DNA of 64,000 nucleotides from an uncultured Bacteroides sp. (GCA_964544895.1 CAZJEA010000001.1:9475-73474); one strand, 5' to 3'; positions 9,900-21,713 are shown, counted from the first letter of the stretch. The notes: generated from the sequence alone by a model not told the origin. A program made the numbers and translations.

Positions 9900-11741
9900 T
9901 TATGAATTGATTACGGATAAGTGCATTTGGCAATTGGCGCAATCGAATGTAATATGCATTGGCTTTATGGCGCGATTAGTTGGGCGCAAAGTCAGGCTCG
10001 CCGGGAGCTTTTTAGCGTCGGCAGATTTTAGGCATGCACCCAATTCGCGACGAAGGCAAAAGCGAGTGGTCATGACTCGGACCTCAGTAGCAGGAGCCGG
10101 CATATTGACCTCAAGAGCAGGCTCAATGTTGTTGGCGCCGTGGTCGGTATAAAATTGTCGAGCGGCACGGTTAGCGACGTTGTCGTGGAATGTTAGATTA
10201 GTGTTTGGCACTTTTGCCTCTTTGTCTTCGGGGCGACGTAACTCCAAAGCACGCGTAGCCGCAACGGCATGATTGAGAGTGTCGATAGCTTTTGTGCGCA
10301 AAGACGTAAGCAACGAAGCCGGTACAAACAAATTGCCGAGTTGGTCGTCGAAAGAACGAAGAGAGTAAATAGTGTTGCCAAGACGTTCGAGAGTGCGACG
10401 ACGAGCGTCAGACTGCGGTGTGCGCGCTTCATCTAAAGAGCAATCAATGCTTGTGGAGATGTGGCAACCACGTTCGTCTGCAATATCTAAAGCCAAGCCA
10501 CCGGAGCAAGCGCGCAAAGTGATGTCGATGGCAATGCGACGCTCAGGGCGAGCATTACGCATAGCGTCGTCAAATAGTTTGTCGCTATTGCGATAGAGCT
10601 TGGTGCCGCGCGTGATGTTTATCGGAGATGCCGGGAAAAGAGTGTTACCTTCGACACGGTTTAGACGAAAACCGGAGAAAGTGCTTTTATCGTCAAAATA
10701 AACGAGTCCATCGCCATTGTGCAACTCAGTTTTTAGCGAAGCCGTGATGGCTCGCGGTGTGACACGAGTGACAGTTCCAACTTCGTTACCAATCCACTTA
10801 GGCGTTAGCGGCTGAGAGAGTGCTCCTTTGCCGGGATTAGTGTTGGTGAGGAAATATTCGGTAAAACCGCGGTTAAACGATTTGTTGATGTCGGGAGTGA
10901 AACGCAATTGCGAAGTGCCGAAAGATTCGCGGCAATATTTTTCGGGATAAGTAGCACAAAGCTGATTGAGAGCTTGCGAATAGACAGCGACAGTGTTCAT
11001 GACGTAATCAACAGACTTCAGGCGGCCTTCAATTTTGAAAGAAGAGATGCCGGCATCTGCTAAATCAGCGAGACGATTGAGTCGGTTCATGTCGTGCAAA
11101 GAGAGTAAGTGACGGTCGGCGATAATGACATTGCCGTCGTTGTCAACGAGGTCGTAAGGCAAACGGCATATTTGCGCACACTCGCCACGGTTTGCAGAAC
11201 GGCCGCCATTAAGCAGGCTTGCGCGACAATCGCCGCTATAGCAAACGCACAAGGCACCATGCACAAAAGCTTCGAGAGCGACATTCACGCGGGCAGAAAC
11301 TTGACGGATTTGTTGAAGCGAGAACTCACGCGGCAAGACAATGCAACTCATGCCAATGCGCTCAAGGAATTCGGCTTTTTCGGGAGAACGAGTGTCGCAC
11401 TGCGTAGAAGCGTGCAAGGCTATTGGTGGAAGATTGAGGCGCAAAAGTCCTAAATCTTGCACGATAAGAGCGTCGACACCGGCAGCATAAAGTCGATGTA
11501 CTAATTTTTCGACGTCAGAAAGTTCGTTGTCGTAAATTAGAGTGTTGAGAGTAACGTAAACTTTGACGCCGTATTGATGAGCGTAAAGGCAGAGGTTGGT
11601 GATGTCGTCGATAGAATTACCGGCAGCAGCGCGAGCACCATGATCTGGGCCACCAATATAAATAGCGTCAGCGCCACAGTTAATTGCCGCGATAGCCGTA
11701 TTAAGGTCGCGTGCGGGAGCTAAAAGCTGAAGTTTACGCAT
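9900..11741 (-). CDS. U32 family protein with DUF3656-type C-terminus (RlhA-like 23S rRNA C2501 hydroxylation)
   Basis: LLAPA, GADAIYIG, HASTQ, Fe-S cysteines HGALCVCYSGDC and NRGECAQICR, SFKIEGR. C-terminus MTTRFCLRRELGAC...FDCANCQM. Confidence 0.85.
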   Translation of the reverse strand: MRKLQLLAPARDLNTAIAAINCGADAIYIGGPDHGARAAAGNSIDDITNLCLYAHQYGVKVYVTLNTLIYDNELSDVEKLVHRLYAAGVDALIVQDLGLLRLNLPPIALHASTQCDTRSPEKAEFLERIGMSCIVLPREFSLQQIRQVSARVNVALEAFVHGALCVCYSGDCRASLLNGGRSANRGECAQICRLPYDLVDNDGNVIIADRHLLSLHDMNRLNRLADLADAGISSFKIEGRLKSVDYVMNTVAVYSQALNQLCATYPEKYCRESFGTSQLRFTPDINKSFNRGFTEYFLTNTNPGKGALSQPLTPKWIGNEVGTVTRVTPRAITASLKTELHNGDGLVYFDDKSTFSGFRLNRVEGNTLFPASPINITRGTKLYRNSDKLFDDAMRNARPERRIAIDITLRACSGGLALDIADERGCHISTSIDCSLDEARTPQSDARRRTLERLGNTIYSLRSFDDQLGNLFVPASLLTSLRTKAIDTLNHAVAATRALELRRPEDKEAKVPNTNLTFHDNVANRAARQFYTDHGANNIEPALEVNMPAPATEVRVMTTRFCLRRELGACLKSADAKKLPASLTLRPTNRAIKPMHITFDCANCQMHLSVINS

Positions 11742-11756
11742 AAATAAAACAATAAG

Positions 11757-12329
11757 CTATTTTTTCTTTTTCATCACAGAGAAACCGAATCGGCCAAGTT
11801 TATCGCCAAGGGCGTAGTAAGCGCCATGACTATAAGCCATCAGCCCGGCGGCAGCGAGGTCGAAAGCTCCGGTTTCGGGGTCAATATATTTTTCGTCGGC
11901 AAGCACACCCAACACTTCGGCAATGAACATGTGGTGGCTACCGAGTTCGATGATGTCTTTAACACGACATTCGATAGCTAGGGGCGACTCTTTGACATAG
12001 AAGCAAGAGTTGTTAACGCCCGGCACGAGAGTAAGGCCGGTTTCAGACCATTTGTCGAAATCGCGACCTGATTTAACGCCACACCAATCGGTGGCGCGAG
12101 CCATATCGGCTGTAGTAAGGTTAACGGTGAATTGCATTTCGCGCTTAATGATGTCATAAGAATGACGTTCGGGGCGTACGGAAATGCTAAGCATAGCCGG
12201 GTTGGTACAAATAGTACCAGCCCAGGCAATAGTTATGAGGTTAGCCTCTTTGCGAGAAGAACCACAGCTGACTAGTACGGCGGGAGCAGGGTAAACCATA
12301 GTACCCGGTTTCCAAAGTTGATGAGCCAT
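11757..12329 (-). CDS. Flavin reductase family protein
   Basis: YPAPAVLVS, ITIAWAG, ISVRPERHS, ECRV...GSHHMFIAEV. Confidence 0.88.
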   Translation of the reverse strand: MAHQLWKPGTMVYPAPAVLVSCGSSRKEANLITIAWAGTICTNPAMLSISVRPERHSYDIIKREMQFTVNLTTADMARATDWCGVKSGRDFDKWSETGLTLVPGVNNSCFYVKESPLAIECRVKDIIELGSHHMFIAEVLGVLADEKYIDPETGAFDLAAAGLMAYSHGAYYALGDKLGRFGFSVMKKKK

Positions 12330-12340
12330 GGTAAGAATAG

Positions 12341-12802
12341 CTAGAGGATTTGAGCTTCAGAACCGACAACCGTGTGGTTGCAGTAGTGACAACGAATGAC
12401 AACGGGGTTGCGCGAGATAACATGAAATTTGGTGTGCATAGGCTCGTTGTTGGTGATGCATTTAGCATTGCCACAGCGCACAATACCGACAACTTGTTCG
12501 TTTAAGACCACGGGGCGTTTTTCGGCGACTTCGTACTCGCGGATGATGTTAACGACAGCAGTAGGAGCGATGAGAGCGATACGGTTAAGAGTGTCTTCGT
12601 CGAACTCAACATCAGCTACTTTAATGATGCCTTTTTTGCCAACTTTGACGCTGTCAAGGTTGAAACCAATAGTTACGTTTTTGTCCATGTGCTCAATGCC
12701 AAGAATTTTAACGGCTTGAAAGAGCGCATCGGAAGGTATATGGTCAATAACGGTGCCGTTGCGGAGAGCGGCGACAGCTAATTCTTTTTTGTTAGTAGAC
12801 AT
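12341..12802 (-). CDS. pyrI: Aspartate carbamoyltransferase regulatory chain
   Basis: [14 protein letters not shown], zinc ligands CGNAKC and CHYC. Follows pyrB. Confidence 0.97.
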   Translation of the reverse strand: MSTNKKELAVAALRNGTVIDHIPSDALFQAVKILGIEHMDKNVTIGFNLDSVKVGKKGIIKVADVEFDEDTLNRIALIAPTAVVNIIREYEVAEKRPVVLNEQVVGIVRCGNAKCITNNEPMHTKFHVISRNPVVIRCHYCNHTVVGSEAQIL

Positions 12803-12819
12803 AATGAAAAAGTATTAAA

Positions 12820-13737
12820 CTATTGAATTTTAATTCCTAAAGCGCGGCAAATGATAGCTTGACGAGCGAAAAGGCCGTTGCGAGCTTGCTCGAAGTAGTA
12901 AGCGTGAGGATTATCGTCGACGTCAGGGTTGATTTCGTTTACACGAGGTAGTGGGTGAAGTATTCGCATATTGTCGCGTGCTCCGGCGAGCATAGCGTTA
13001 TTGAGCGAATATAGATCTTTCACGCGTTCATACTCAGCGATGTCCGGGAAACGTTCGCGTTGCACGCGGGTCATATAAATAATGTCGCTGGTATTAATTA
13101 CGTCAGCGCTAAAATCTTTATGTTCTTCGTAACGGATGCCGTTTTCGTCGCAGAATTTTTTGTATTCGACAGGCATTTTAAGTTCGTCGCAAGCGACGAA
13201 ACGGAAAGTTGGGTTGAAGTAACGCATAGCCATGAGCAGAGAGTGAACAGTTCTGCCATACTTCAAGTCGCCGACCATAGTAATGTTAAGGTTTTCGAGT
13301 GTACCTTGAGTTTTGAGGATAGAGTAAAGGTCGAGCATAGTTTGCGAAGGGTGCTGGTTAGCGCCGTCGCCGGCATTAACGATGGGCACATCAGTGACCT
13401 CGGTAGCGTAACGGGCAGCACCTTCAAGATAGTGACGCATAATAATAAGGTCAACATAGTTAGAGACCATTTTAATAGTGTCTTTGAGGGTTTCGCCTTT
13501 AGAAGTAGAAGTGGCAGCGGGGTCAGAGAAACCAATGACGCGACCGCCCAATCTGTTTACAGCAGTTTCGAAGCTGAGACGAGTACGAGTAGAAGGTTCG
13601 AAAAACAAAGTGGCGACAACTTTGCCGTCAAGAATTTTGTGGTTAGGATGCTCTTCGAAATAGCGAGCAGACTCGAGAAGATTGAGCATCTCATCGCGGG
13701 TAATGTCAGAGATTGAGACAAGACTGTTAGTATTCAT
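12820..13737 (-). CDS. pyrB: Aspartate carbamoyltransferase catalytic chain
   Basis: [33 protein letters not shown]. Confidence 0.98.
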   Translation of the reverse strand: MNTNSLVSISDITRDEMLNLLESARYFEEHPNHKILDGKVVATLFFEPSTRTRLSFETAVNRLGGRVIGFSDPAATSTSKGETLKDTIKMVSNYVDLIIMRHYLEGAARYATEVTDVPIVNAGDGANQHPSQTMLDLYSILKTQGTLENLNITMVGDLKYGRTVHSLLMAMRYFNPTFRFVACDELKMPVEYKKFCDENGIRYEEHKDFSADVINTSDIIYMTRVQRERFPDIAEYERVKDLYSLNNAMLAGARDNMRILHPLPRVNEINPDVDDNPHAYYFEQARNGLFARQAIICRALGIKIQ

Positions 13738-13761
13738 GACTATGTGAAATTATTGTAAGTA

Positions 13762-13769
13762 CAAAGATA
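13762..13769 (-). promoter_or_regulatory. -7 promoter box for the pyrB-pyrI-flavin reductase-U32 operon
   Basis: TATCTTTG on the minus strand, about 25 nt upstream of pyrB. Confidence 0.6.
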
Positions 13770-14119
13770 CGCCATTTTTCTGTAACAGCGAAGAGAAAGG
13801 CAAAATTTAGCACTAAAATAGATTTAAGCGCGTAAAAAATGGGCATAGTCAATGTTAAAGTTTTTTTGATGGGCCGGAGTTAGAGCAAGTAAATTGACAC
13901 TGAAAATCAAAGGAGTAAGAACGGATGTTAAAATTAACGAAAATGATTTAATTGTTATTAGTATAAAAATACGTAAACAAAAGCAAAAAAGCGATTGTTT
14001 TATTTGAGCAAACCCTAAAATAATAAAGGCTACAAAAACAAAACTTCATTCGAAAACAAACAGAATGACGAAACTTGAAATAAATAACCTTTTATCAAAT
14101 TTACTAACTAACATCGCTT

Positions 14120-14521
14120 ATGAGTAAGTTAAAAACACTACTGACGATAGTTGGAATGGTTCTGATATCGTCGGCTATGCTAGTGTCATGTGATGATGAC
14201 GACGATTTTCCCCAAGGGACGATGGGGCAAATTGCGATACATTCATGCCAGACAACATCAACATCGGCCACAATTTATTGGACGATAGTGTCGAATGACA
14301 AGTGCGATGGCTATAATATCGCGCTGTACAAAGGCACCCGCGACAATCTAGGTGCGGTTGTAGAAGAGAAGACCTTTGACAAGTACACCCGGAGTTACAC
14401 ATTCTCAAATCTTACCCCAAGCACAACTTATGTTGTAAAGACACAAGGTATACCGAGTGCCAACAGTGGAATGAGTGGCGCTTTGGAGTATTACAAAGAG
14501 TTTACAACGCCAGCTCAATAG
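14120..14521 (+). CDS. Small fibronectin type III-domain lipoprotein
   Basis: Lipobox LVSC followed by an acidic DDDDD export signal. FN3 pattern SATIYW...GYNI...YTFSNLTPSTTYVVK. Confidence 0.8.
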   Translation: MSKLKTLLTIVGMVLISSAMLVSCDDDDDFPQGTMGQIAIHSCQTTSTSATIYWTIVSNDKCDGYNIALYKGTRDNLGAVVEEKTFDKYTRSYTFSNLTPSTTYVVKTQGIPSANSGMSGALEYYKEFTTPAQ

Positions 14522-14561
14522 AGCAGTCCTAACCTTTTTAACTTAACAAATTAGTACTACA

Positions 14562-17500
14562 ATGACAAAATGCAACATTAAGATGTGGTGTGTCGTGCTT
14601 GCCGGCCTATGTACTACAGGGGCTGCAAGTGCTGCAACAGGAATTGCGGAATCGCCGCAAGCGACTCAAACGACATCAGTATGTAAAGGTGTGGTAGTTG
14701 ATAACGAAGGCGAGCCAATAATTGGCGCGTCGATACGCGTAGACGGGACAAAGATCTCAGTAGCAACCGATGTAAACGGAAACTTTAGTTTGCCGGGAGT
14801 TAAAGTAGGATCGACTATCACAGTCAGCTATATAGGCTGTAAGACACAGAGTGTGAAGTGGAACGGCAAAGATGTGCACATAGCACTCAATGAAGACTCA
14901 AGCACGCTTAACGAAGTAGTTATAATGGGTTACGGAGTTACCCAGAAACGTGCGAAAGTAACGAACTCAATATCAAAAGTATCGGAGGATAATTTAACCA
15001 TCGGTACGAATGCAAACCCGGCACAAGCATTGGCAGGCGCCGTTTCGGGTGTTAAGGTAGACGTAACGTCAGGTAGCCCGTCAGCAACGCCGTCAATCAC
15101 CGTGCGTGGTGGTACAAACTTCAACGGCGGTAGTAATGAACCGCTGGTAGTTGTAGATGGTGTTATCAGGTCGTCACTTGCCGATATCAACCCGAATGAT
15201 ATTGAAGAAATGCAAGTGCTCAAAGACGCCGGAGCAACGGCAATATATGGAGCCCGTGCAGGTAACGGTGTAATACTCATCACAACCAAACAAGGTAAGA
15301 GTGGATCAGCACGCATTAACTTTAGCGCTAAGGTCGGTTTGAACGACTATAGCGATACAGGCTACACAATGTGTTCGGATGAAGATTACCTTTACTATTA
15401 CAGAACAGCACTGTGCAACACACAGTGGATGTTGCCAGGCGGTAACTATTCATCGTCACTGAACACGATGCTGTATAACACGAACCAACCCGGTGGTATT
15501 GGCCGAACAGAGTTATCAAACACACAATCGTACAATATACTTCGCAAGACCGACGACAATGCATATCTTCTTGAAAAAGGATGGAAAGAGATGCGCGACC
15601 CGGTGAGCGATAACTACATATTGTACAAAAACGATGATATACTTAAGATCAACACCAACCGTCCGGCAATAACACAAGATTATAATGTGAATGTGTCGGG
15701 AGGTAATGACAAAGGTAAATATTATGCATCTATAGGTTACTATGATGCAGAAGGCGCAATAAAAGAAACGTTCTACAAACGTTATAACTTTGCATTCACC
15801 GGCAGCTATAAATTGAATAGTTGGTTGGAAACGAACTCAATATTCAACTACACTAGAGCAAATTGGTTGAATGATGACCCAGTGCTAAACACAACATACT
15901 TCTTTAACCGTGGTATAGGCTATAAGTTTGTACGCTATCGCGATGAAGACGGCAATGACCTATACGGCACAGGCAACCCGACATATAATGTTAATGTGAA
16001 CAAGGGTAACTTTGACCGCGATTATCAGAGCGATAAATTCTCAATGACGCAAGGGTTGACAGCAACCATCTTGCCGGGATTAACAGTTAAAGGAACCATG
16101 TCATGGTTTTACAATGAGCAGTTGAATGAGACCTTCAACCGTGCATACGTAACCAGCCAAGCCGGAGCAGCAGATCCGAGCGGCACATCTGGCGTAAACC
16201 GCACGTATAGCACCAGCAATAGTTTCACCCGCTATTTCAACCAGACATATAACTTGGTAGCAAACTTCAACCGCACTTTTAACGATGTTCACACTGTTAA
16301 TGCGATGTTGGGTATGGAGTATTACCATAGCCGTTACAGAGCATTCTCAGCATCAGGATACGGAGCACCAACCGGAGACTTCCAAGATTTAAATTTGACA
16401 CAAAACGATTCGAAAGTTCAATCGCGCAGCATAGACTCAGCACACAACAATGAAGCATTGCTTTCATACTTCGGACGTTTCGAATATGATTACAAAGACA
16501 AATATTTGGTAGCAGCAACATTCCGTGAGGATGGATATTCACGATTGATCAATAATCGTTGGGGCTTCTTCCCCGGCATCTCGGCAGGATGGGTGTTTAC
16601 GAAAGAAGATTTTGTAAACAACATAATACCGGAACGCATACTTAATTATGGTAAGATACGCGGTTCATTTGGTTACAACGCATCAATCAACAGCTCATAT
16701 TTGGGATATTACACATTGCAAGGAGCATATAGTGCATACAAATATGACGGAGCATACGGATATCGTATCTCAACCCTACCAAATCCTGATTTGAAATGGG
16801 AAAGATCGCGCACATTTGAAATAGGTCTAGACTTAGGCTTTTTGCAGAACAGATTTAACTTAGGTTTGACCTACTACAACCGCACCACACTTGACAAATA
16901 TGCAGCTATGGCATTGCCACAGACTACCGGATTTTCAAGCGTCACCTACAACAACGGACAATATCGCAACCAAGGTCTGGAAATAGACTTGAATGCAACA
17001 TTATTGCGCACACGCGACTTCCAATGGACCTTGGGTGCAAACATCACTTATAACACGAACAAGATTATCAAACTTCCGGAAAACGGAGAGTGGAAGAATC
17101 ACCAATCTAACTGCACCGAAGTTTATACCGGCAACGGCGACGAGACAACTTATATCGGAGGTTACTACGAAGGAGCAAACCCGTACGAGTTTGTTGGATA
17201 TAAGGCTGTTGGCATGTTGCGCACACAAGATCAGATAGAAGCCCTCGGCGATTATATTGATGTAGCAACAACAAACGGCGCCGGAGTATACGCAACCGAA
17301 GCAGGTCGTCAACGACTACTAGCATTAGGCTACGCAGCATCAAACTGCATACAGTTGATGCCCGGTGATTTGTACTTCAAAGATCGCAACGGCGATAACA
17401 AGGTAGAAGCGAAAGACCGCTATGTACTCGGACACTTAGATCCACACTGGACCGGTGGTTTTAACACTACATTGAGTTGGAAAGGTTTGTCATTGTATGC

Positions 17501-17948
17501 ACGCTTTGACATGGGCTTTGACTTCCAGGTATACGATTCGAACATAGCATTCTGGTTAGGCGAAGGACAAGGAGCAATGGCATTTAATAATGACATACGC
17601 AACACATGGACTCCTGACAACCCAACAGCAAAATATCCACGCGTAGCATGGGCATCACAATTTGGTACAGATAACTACATCCGCACTAACTCATACTTCA
17701 CGCAAAAAGGCAACTATTTGGCATGCCGCGAGCTCTCGTTGTCATATCAATTGCCACTAAGCATTTGCCGCAAGTTTGCATGTCAAGGATTGCAAGTATC
17801 AGTAACAGGCCAAAATCTTGGCTATATCAAATCGTGCTCAATACCATTGCCTGACAACACAACCTACATAAATGGTAACACAGCAGGTAACGGAGGTACG
17901 TACAACTTGCCACGCACCGTCATCTTTGGATTAAATCTTACATTCTAA
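14562..17948 (+). CDS. SusC/RagA family TonB-dependent outer-membrane transporter
   Basis: Signal peptide, N-terminal extension (GEPIIGAS), LNEVVIMGYG, PLVVVDG, DIEEMQVLKDAGATAIYGARAGNGVILITTK, C-terminal Phe. Confidence 0.96.
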   Translation: MTKCNIKMWCVVLAGLCTTGAASAATGIAESPQATQTTSVCKGVVVDNEGEPIIGASIRVDGTKISVATDVNGNFSLPGVKVGSTITVSYIGCKTQSVKWNGKDVHIALNEDSSTLNEVVIMGYGVTQKRAKVTNSISKVSEDNLTIGTNANPAQALAGAVSGVKVDVTSGSPSATPSITVRGGTNFNGGSNEPLVVVDGVIRSSLADINPNDIEEMQVLKDAGATAIYGARAGNGVILITTKQGKSGSARINFSAKVGLNDYSDTGYTMCSDEDYLYYYRTALCNTQWMLPGGNYSSSLNTMLYNTNQPGGIGRTELSNTQSYNILRKTDDNAYLLEKGWKEMRDPVSDNYILYKNDDILKINTNRPAITQDYNVNVSGGNDKGKYYASIGYYDAEGAIKETFYKRYNFAFTGSYKLNSWLETNSIFNYTRANWLNDDPVLNTTYFFNRGIGYKFVRYRDEDGNDLYGTGNPTYNVNVNKGNFDRDYQSDKFSMTQGLTATILPGLTVKGTMSWFYNEQLNETFNRAYVTSQAGAADPSGTSGVNRTYSTSNSFTRYFNQTYNLVANFNRTFNDVHTVNAMLGMEYYHSRYRAFSASGYGAPTGDFQDLNLTQNDSKVQSRSIDSAHNNEALLSYFGRFEYDYKDKYLVAATFREDGYSRLINNRWGFFPGISAGWVFTKEDFVNNIIPERILNYGKIRGSFGYNASINSSYLGYYTLQGAYSAYKYDGAYGYRISTLPNPDLKWERSRTFEIGLDLGFLQNRFNLGLTYYNRTTLDKYAAMALPQTTGFSSVTYNNGQYRNQGLEIDLNATLLRTRDFQWTLGANITYNTNKIIKLPENGEWKNHQSNCTEVYTGNGDETTYIGGYYEGANPYEFVGYKAVGMLRTQDQIEALGDYIDVATTNGAGVYATEAGRQRLLALGYAASNCIQLMPGDLYFKDRNGDNKVEAKDRYVLGHLDPHWTGGFNTTLSWKGLSLYARFDMGFDFQVYDSNIAFWLGEGQGAMAFNNDIRNTWTPDNPTAKYPRVAWASQFGTDNYIRTNSYFTQKGNYLACRELSLSYQLPLSICRKFACQGLQVSVTGQNLGYIKSCSIPLPDNTTYINGNTAGNGGTYNLPRTVIFGLNLTF

Positions 17949-17969
17949 CGTGAAAATAAAACACCAAAT

Positions 17970-19814
17970 ATGAAAAAGAAATTAAGCAACATAGCGTTAG
18001 CCGGTCTATTGGTATTAAGCGGATTGTCGCTGGGATCGTGTAGCGACAACCTCGATCAATCGCCTATAGATAACTTTGGTACCAGCAATTTCTGGAAGAA
18101 CAAAGAACAATTTACCGGCTTCATAACAGCGCAAGCAAATATGTTTCGTGCAAACTATCCCACGAACATAATGTTCTATGCCGGAGAATTAAGAGCCGGA
18201 ACACTTACGCTCAACACAATAGATGGCTCAGGTATTTTAAACTCCGACTACATACAAAACATCTATGATGCGAACCACACGCAGTTCTCAAATATGGGAA
18301 ACTACTACGGTTTCATCGGAAACTTGAATGAACTGATATATCAATGCGACAAAGCAAGCGAAGATGTGCTCGATGCCACTACACGCGACGGATTGAAAGC
18401 CATAGCATACGGCTGGAGAGCATTTAGTTTGTTCCAAATGTACCGCATGTATGGAGGCGTAGTAATCCGCACCGAGCCAGATGTAACCCTTGGCAACTAC
18501 GATGCAGTTTCGTTGAAGCGCGCACGTTCGTCAGCCGAAGAGACTTTGGCACAGATAAAGAGCGATATAGCCGAGTCATTGAAGTTGTTCAATAGTTCGG
18601 GTTACACCTACAAATCGGGTAGCGCCGACTACTATTGGAACAAAGCAGCAACAGAGATGCTAGCAGGTGAGGTTTATCTATGGTCAGGAAAAGTATCGAC
18701 AGGTAATCATAGCGCAAACCCGGCAGATGTAAGCACTGCGAAACAGTACTTTTTGAATGTAATAAATAATTACAACAAATCGCTTGTTTCAAACTATTTT
18801 GATATATGGACCACGCCGCATAGCAGCGAGTCAATATACAGCATCTGCTACTCATCAGAGAACGATGCATCGTACTACACACTGAGCGCTCAATTTTTGT
18901 GGGCACGCAAGACCGGTGCCGGCTACAGTAACTATTGGAGCACACAATCGAAAGATGGTTGGAATCACACCGCATCAAACATAGTAAATAGATTTGGACT
19001 ATGGTATGACCCGGAGACAAAAACAAGTTCAGAGAACGATATCTGGCAATCGTGCGATTTCGGACCAATGCGCTATATGTACAAGAATGCGCTGTATTTC
19101 CAATTTGATGAGAAGGATTTGCGACGCAATATGTTCTTCCCGTGCTGGTTTATTTCACAGTCAGAGAAAGACGCCGGTACAACCTATATGGACGATTTCG
19201 ACTACAAGACACGCACAAGCGCAGACAACTGTTTGGCAGGAGCCTACGTATGCAAATATCGTCCGGGCAAAATATCGAGCTCAACCTACTACACTTTTAA
19301 CACCGATATACCAATCTATCGTTTGGCAGAAGCATATTTGTATTTAGCTGAATGTTACAACTACGAAGGCAACAACAGCGAAGTGCAAAACTACATCAAC
19401 GCAATACGCAAACGCGCATACGGTGACAATTGGGATGCAAATAAATACGGATACAAAGCCGGAACATTTGCAGACAATGAGAGTGCCATACTCCACGAAA
19501 AAGATAAAGAATTTATCATGGAAGGCACACGTTGGTTTGACCTTGTTCGTTTAGCCGTAGATAAATCAGGAGCCAGAACATCAAGCATGGTATTCCAGCC
19601 TCAAGGATGCGTAGGCTACGGCTTGGATGTAGCTAACAGCCCGTGGATGGTAGAAAATGACGGCACGCCATGTGCAACAGACAAGCCGTTGTTGACAGAA
19701 GAATTTGCATATAAAGTGCTATGGCCTATCGACAACACGCTGATGACCTCCGATAGCACCATCAAGCAAAATCCGGGCTACACAAGTAATTCGGAGAAAA
19801 CTCAAACCGAATAG
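17970..19814 (+). CDS. SusD/RagB family lipoprotein
   Basis: Lipobox LGSC, IYRLAEAYL, EFIMEGTRWFDLVR, QNPGY. Directly follows the SusC gene. Confidence 0.95.
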   Translation: MKKKLSNIALAGLLVLSGLSLGSCSDNLDQSPIDNFGTSNFWKNKEQFTGFITAQANMFRANYPTNIMFYAGELRAGTLTLNTIDGSGILNSDYIQNIYDANHTQFSNMGNYYGFIGNLNELIYQCDKASEDVLDATTRDGLKAIAYGWRAFSLFQMYRMYGGVVIRTEPDVTLGNYDAVSLKRARSSAEETLAQIKSDIAESLKLFNSSGYTYKSGSADYYWNKAATEMLAGEVYLWSGKVSTGNHSANPADVSTAKQYFLNVINNYNKSLVSNYFDIWTTPHSSESIYSICYSSENDASYYTLSAQFLWARKTGAGYSNYWSTQSKDGWNHTASNIVNRFGLWYDPETKTSSENDIWQSCDFGPMRYMYKNALYFQFDEKDLRRNMFFPCWFISQSEKDAGTTYMDDFDYKTRTSADNCLAGAYVCKYRPGKISSSTYYTFNTDIPIYRLAEAYLYLAECYNYEGNNSEVQNYINAIRKRAYGDNWDANKYGYKAGTFADNESAILHEKDKEFIMEGTRWFDLVRLAVDKSGARTSSMVFQPQGCVGYGLDVANSPWMVENDGTPCATDKPLLTEEFAYKVLWPIDNTLMTSDSTIKQNPGYTSNSEKTQTE

Positions 19815-19837
19815 TATTGCTTAATTTAATACTTCGC

Positions 19838-19882
19838 GTAGGGGATAAGTGCCAACAAGAGCACTTATCTCCTACTTTTTTT
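19838..19882 (+). terminator. Intrinsic terminator after susD
   Basis: gtaggggataagtgc-loop-gcacttatctcctac hairpin followed by T7. Confidence 0.85.
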
Positions 19883-19916
19883 AGTTTGGAATGATGTGGT
19901 TTTATCAGTTTTTTAT

Positions 19917-19924
19917 TAAATTTG
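19917..19924 (+). promoter_or_regulatory. -7 promoter box for fumarase
   Basis: TAAATTTG between the terminator and the ATG. Confidence 0.55.
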
Positions 19925-19984
19925 CGATTGCAAAAGCACAAGACCATTTATAGAGAAATCAAACTATTAAAAATATAATCTTTT

Positions 19985-21634
19985 ATGGCTACAAAACCTT
20001 ACAAGTATCAAGAGATGTTTCCTCTTGGTCCAGACACCACCGAGTACTATAAACTCACCGGCGACTATGTAAAAGTAGAAAACTGGGGCGGACACGAATT
20101 TCTCGTAGTAGACCCCGAGGCATTGACAGTATTGGCACGTCAAGCAACTCACGACAATGCATTTATGCTACGCCGCGAGCACAACCAATTCGTAGCAAAA
20201 ATACTTCAAGACCCCGAAGCAAGCGAAAACGACAAATTTGTTGCACTCACAATGCTACGCAATGCAGAGATCGCAGCCAAAGGTCAACTCCCGGTATGTC
20301 AAGACACAGGTACAGCAATCATACACGGAGAAAAAGGACAATATGTATACACCGGCTGCAATGATGAAGAGAAATTGAGCCGCGGAGTATATGACACATA
20401 CACACAAGACAACTTGCGCTATTCACAAAATGCGCCGTTGAATATGTATGACGAGGTTAACACAGGCTGCAACCTACCGGCACAAATAGATATACACGCC
20501 ACCGAAGATGACGAATATCACTTCTTGTTTGTAGCAAAAGGTGGTGGCTCAGCAAACAAAACATATCTATATCAAGAAACAAAAGCGCTTATCAATCCGA
20601 AAACTTTGCTTCCGTTCTTGGTAGAAAAAATGAAAACTTTGGGCACAGCAGCATGTCCCCCCTACCACATTGCTTTTGTTATTGGCGGAACATCAGCTGA
20701 GAAGAACCTTGAAACCGTAAAGAAAGCATCAGTAAAATATTACGACAATTTACCCACCGAAGGCAACGAACTAGGCCACGCATTCCGCGATGTTGAGCTA
20801 GAAAAACAACTCAAGGAAGAATCAGAAAAGATTGGCTTAGGTGCACAATTCGGAGGTAAATATTTTGCACACGACATTCGCGTGATACGTCTACCGCGTC
20901 ACGGAGCATCATGCCCTGTAGGTTTAGGCGTGAGCTGCTCAGCAGACCGCAATGTTAAAGCAAAAATTAACCGCGAAGGACTTTGGATTGAAAAACTCGA
21001 CAACAACCCCGGAGAATTGATACCCGAAGAGCTCCGCAACGCAGGTGAAGGTGAAGTAGTAAGCATTGACTTGGATCGTCCAATGGCAGAAGTGCTTGCA
21101 GATCTATCTAAATACCCGGTATCAACCCGATTGTCACTCAAAGGTACCATCATCGTAGGACGTGACATAGCACACGCAAAAATCAAAGAGCGTTTGGATC
21201 GTGGTGAAGAGATGCCTGAATATCTTAAAAATCACCCCATCTACTATGCAGGTCCGGCAAAAACACCGGCAGGCATGCCTTCAGGCTCATTTGGCCCGAC
21301 AACAGCAGGTCGTATGGATAGCTACGTAGACCAATTCCAATCAGCAGGTGGCTCAATGATAATGATAGCAAAAGGTAACCGTTCGAAACAAGTTACCGAT
21401 GCATGTCAAAAACACGGAGGTTTCTATCTAGGCTCAATCGGTGGCCCGGCAGCAGTGCTAGCACAAAACTCTATTAAAGATGTGCAATTGCTCGAATATC
21501 CGGAACTCGGCATGGAAGCTATCTGGAAAATCAAAGTTGAAAACTTCCCCGCATTCATTCTCGTAGATGACAAGGGTAACGACTTCTTCACACAGATTGC
21601 AGAAAAATGCAAAGGATGCGCATTGGCAAAATAA
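19985..21634 (+). CDS. Class I (Fe-S) fumarate hydratase
   Basis: [39 protein letters not shown]. Confidence 0.96.
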   Translation: MATKPYKYQEMFPLGPDTTEYYKLTGDYVKVENWGGHEFLVVDPEALTVLARQATHDNAFMLRREHNQFVAKILQDPEASENDKFVALTMLRNAEIAAKGQLPVCQDTGTAIIHGEKGQYVYTGCNDEEKLSRGVYDTYTQDNLRYSQNAPLNMYDEVNTGCNLPAQIDIHATEDDEYHFLFVAKGGGSANKTYLYQETKALINPKTLLPFLVEKMKTLGTAACPPYHIAFVIGGTSAEKNLETVKKASVKYYDNLPTEGNELGHAFRDVELEKQLKEESEKIGLGAQFGGKYFAHDIRVIRLPRHGASCPVGLGVSCSADRNVKAKINREGLWIEKLDNNPGELIPEELRNAGEGEVVSIDLDRPMAEVLADLSKYPVSTRLSLKGTIIVGRDIAHAKIKERLDRGEEMPEYLKNHPIYYAGPAKTPAGMPSGSFGPTTAGRMDSYVDQFQSAGGSMIMIAKGNRSKQVTDACQKHGGFYLGSIGGPAAVLAQNSIKDVQLLEYPELGMEAIWKIKVENFPAFILVDDKGNDFFTQIAEKCKGCALAK

Positions 21635-21653
21635 GCGACCTCTAGCATAAACC

Positions 21654-21691
21654 ACAAAAAACGAGCGGCCACAAGGTCGCTCGCTTTTTGT
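21654..21691. terminator. Bidirectional terminator closing fumarase and the peptidoglycan operon
   Basis: acaaaaaa cgagcggcc-acaa-ggtcgctcg ctttttgt. Confidence 0.8.
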
Positions 21692-21713
21692 TATACAAAG
21701 AGTTTGAGTTTGG

